NCBI GenBank assembly: GCA_041686025.1
Contig: JAWLEP010000051.1
Span: 1-16,380 of the forward strand
Direction: 5' to 3'
DNA length: 16,380 bases
Source: Candidatus Fermentibacteraceae bacterium
GTDB taxonomy: Bacteria; Fermentibacterota; Fermentibacteria; Fermentibacterales; JCC-6
In this document: in pieces, positions 14,485-16,380 of the stretch
Position numbering within the stretch: position 1 is the stretch's first letter
Layout: each line of letters opens with the position of its first letter
Notes under the pieces: generated by a model
The model's database searches: none
The model's input: the letters and a program-made list of their open reading frames with translations, nothing else
Told to the model about the DNA's origin: nothing
Program-made: the position numbers and the translations under genes

Positions 14485-16380
14485 CTAGCGAAGCACCATC
14501 AGGCTTCTGGACGCGGTGAATCCCGGCGCCCGCAGCCTTACGTGGTAGAGCCCGGCGGGTACTCTCGCCCCCGAGCCGTCGCTGAGGTCCCACACCACGC
14601 TGTGCATGCCGGCGGCCGTCTCGCCGTCGACCAGCGTGCGGACTATGCGTCCGGATATGTCGTAGACGTCTATCCTGGCGTTCCCCGAGCCGGCCAGCCC
14701 GAAGGGTATGGCGGCCTGGGTGGTGGCGGGGCTGGGATTGGCATTGCCCAGCATGTTCACGTGAACCCCACCGGTCTCGGGAGAGTGGGTGCCGCTGGTC
14801 ACCGCGATGCTGCCCTGGTAGGGGGTGTGGTTGTGGGCCCAGGCGGTGACGTCGATGGTGCCGGTGGTGGCGGCGTTGACCGTAAGCGTTGCCTCACCGG
14901 AGCCGTTGGTGAGGCCCGTCTCGTAGACCTCTCCGGTCTGCCAGTCGCCCTTCTGCAGGCATACCCTGGCCCCGCTGACCGGCGAGCCGCCGGAGGTGAC
15001 GGACACCGTCACGCTGGTGCTGCCGGTGCCAATCTCGGCGGGGTGGTCGGCACTGAGCTCACCGGCCTCCTCGGTCCACATGGAGACCTCCGGGTCGCCG
15101 AACAGGTTGTACTCCTTCACGCACCAGTCCATGTAGTTGCTGGTTGGCGGGCAGAAGAAGTTGACGCTGGTGGCGTTGGCGGGGCCCAGCTGCAGCGTGC
15201 CGTTCTCCCAGTGCTCTATGTAGAACTGCTGGGTAACTATCTCGCTGGGGCCGTTGCCGGCGTCACCTGGGCTGCCCCAGCCGTAGCGGGAGTTGAAGGC
15301 CCCGAAGCCGCCCCCTTCGGGGGAGTTCAGCCAGGCCTCGGCGCAGCACTCGTAGCCGTCCATCCAGCCTATGTGACAGGAGATGGAGTTCCATATGGCC
15401 GGCAGGTGGCCGCTGGAGATGTTGGTCTGGTCCATTATCTGGCTGGTTGTGTAGTCGGAGTAGGCGGAGGTCCACATCGACGTCTGCGACCCGTGGCTGG
15501 CGTGCATCACGTGGTGCGGGCCGTCGTTGATCATGTTGAAGGTGATGGTGGAGCTGTTGCCCGAGCCGGACTCGCAGCAGAACTCCTCCTCCCACGTGGT
15601 GACGGGTACGTACTTGCTTATGGTGTCGGCGTTGGCCTTGCCCGGTGTGTAGGGGCTGCTCCAGAGGATTCCGGTGCTGTAGCCCACCCGCAGCTCGCGG
15701 GGAGCGGTCTCGAAGTAGTCGGCCCCGGCGGGCATGGCGCTCTCCACGCCCTCGTAGATGAACACCTTCTCGTTGAAGATGTCGGCCTCCGAGGTGGAGG
15801 TTACGGCGGCCCTGCCCACCCAGAGGTCGGGGTCCCACTGGATGTTGTCGCTGTCTTCGCCCCAGATGCCGTTGCCGTTGCTGTCCCACTGGTCTGCCCC
15901 TGGAGCGGTGTCGTTAAGGTCCTTGAAGTAAAGATCTGACGGGAGCTCATCGTAGGTGCTGCCATCTACGTACACCATCCTGGCCTCGATCTTGCTGTCG
16001 TCGCCGTAGATCAGGGCGAACTCCGCACCCTCGTCAACGCAGTCGTGGAAGAAGGCCCGGATGTCCTGCTGCAGGTCGGTGGTGCTGTACTCGCCGTCCA
16101 CCCATGTGGTGGTGTAGACGCTGGCGGGTACGCCCTTGGCCGTCTTCCAGTCCGCCAGCTCCTGGGCCTGGGTCTCGTAGTCGGGATGGGTGACGATGAC
16201 GTACTCGCCGTAGGCCAGCTCCCGGGGGGCTACGATGGCGGCTCCGGAGGGGGATACGCCCCCGGGGTTCACCACCATGTTCTCCGCTATTGACCTGGCA
16301 CGGCTCTCGCTCTCGGCGGTGCGGCGGGAGACGGTCGTCATGTCGGCGTCGTACTCGTAGCTGACCCTGACGGTCATGGA
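14485..16380 (-). CDS. Peptidase family C25 (gingipain-like cysteine protease) with Ig-like domain and T9SS/FlgD-Ig-type CTD; 5' end outside the window
   Basis: 'YVIVT...LADWKTAKG', 'PSDLYF.DL', 'PDLWVGR', catalytic His (HASHGS) and Cys (SISCHIG), 'YNLFGDP', a C25_C Ig-like domain, and CTD 'NPSP...VYDISGRIVRTLV...VWD...AGLYHVRL...SLMVLR'. The frame is open to the window edge. Confidence 0.92.
   Translation of the reverse strand, partial: SMTVRVSYEYDADMTTVSRRTAESESRARSIAENMVVNPGGVSPSGAAIVAPRELAYGEYVIVTHPDYETQAQELADWKTAKGVPASVYTTTWVDGEYSTTDLQQDIRAFFHDCVDEGAEFALIYGDDSKIEARMVYVDGSTYDELPSDLYFKDLNDTAPGADQWDSNGNGIWGEDSDNIQWDPDLWVGRAAVTSTSEADIFNEKVFIYEGVESAMPAGADYFETAPRELRVGYSTGILWSSPYTPGKANADTISKYVPVTTWEEEFCCESGSGNSSTITFNMINDGPHHVMHASHGSQTSMWTSAYSDYTTSQIMDQTNISSGHLPAIWNSISCHIGWMDGYECCAEAWLNSPEGGGFGAFNSRYGWGSPGDAGNGPSEIVTQQFYIEHWENGTLQLGPANATSVNFFCPPTSNYMDWCVKEYNLFGDPEVSMWTEEAGELSADHPAEIGTGSTSVTVSVTSGGSPVSGARVCLQKGDWQTGEVYETGLTNGSGEATLTVNAATTGTIDVTAWAHNHTPYQGSIAVTSGTHSPETGGVHVNMLGNANPSPATTQAAIPFGLAGSGNARIDVYDISGRIVRTLVDGETAAGMHSVVWDLSDGSGARVPAGLYHVRLRAPGFTASRSLMVLR

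Noticed and set aside
1..16380. Mobile elements, CRISPR arrays, tRNA/rRNA, defence or toxin genes
   Set aside because: No transposase or integrase motifs, regularly spaced repeats or RNA-gene signatures were seen. Almost all sequence is accounted for by the listed CDSs.

Overview
GC-rich bacterial chromosomal window from an anaerobic diderm. The T9SS-type C-terminal domains, a gingipain-like C25 protease and a Vor-type oxidoreductase point to the FCB group, possibly Ca. Fermentibacteria; that taxonomy is inference. Left to right: a partial TolC-like gene and a TetR regulator (-); a divergent ferredoxin/alpha/fused beta-gamma 2-oxoacid:ferredoxin oxidoreductase operon (VorABC-like, +); two paralogous FadL/PorV-like outer-membrane beta-barrels (+) flanking an antisense ndk; a ~1050-aa soluble multi-PAS/GAF protein with a degenerate histidine-kinase tail; leuS with an SVGH variant of the HIGH motif; a bidirectional terminator; and two secreted proteases (S8 and C25, -) with T9SS-type CTDs. 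No mobile elements, CRISPR arrays, rRNA or tRNA were seen. The best leads are the barrel paralogue pair near CTD cargo, the apparent pseudo-histidine kinase with a possible CTG start, and a ~200-nt S8 leader with mutually exclusive anti-RBS pairings. All family calls come from motifs recognised by eye; no searches were run.
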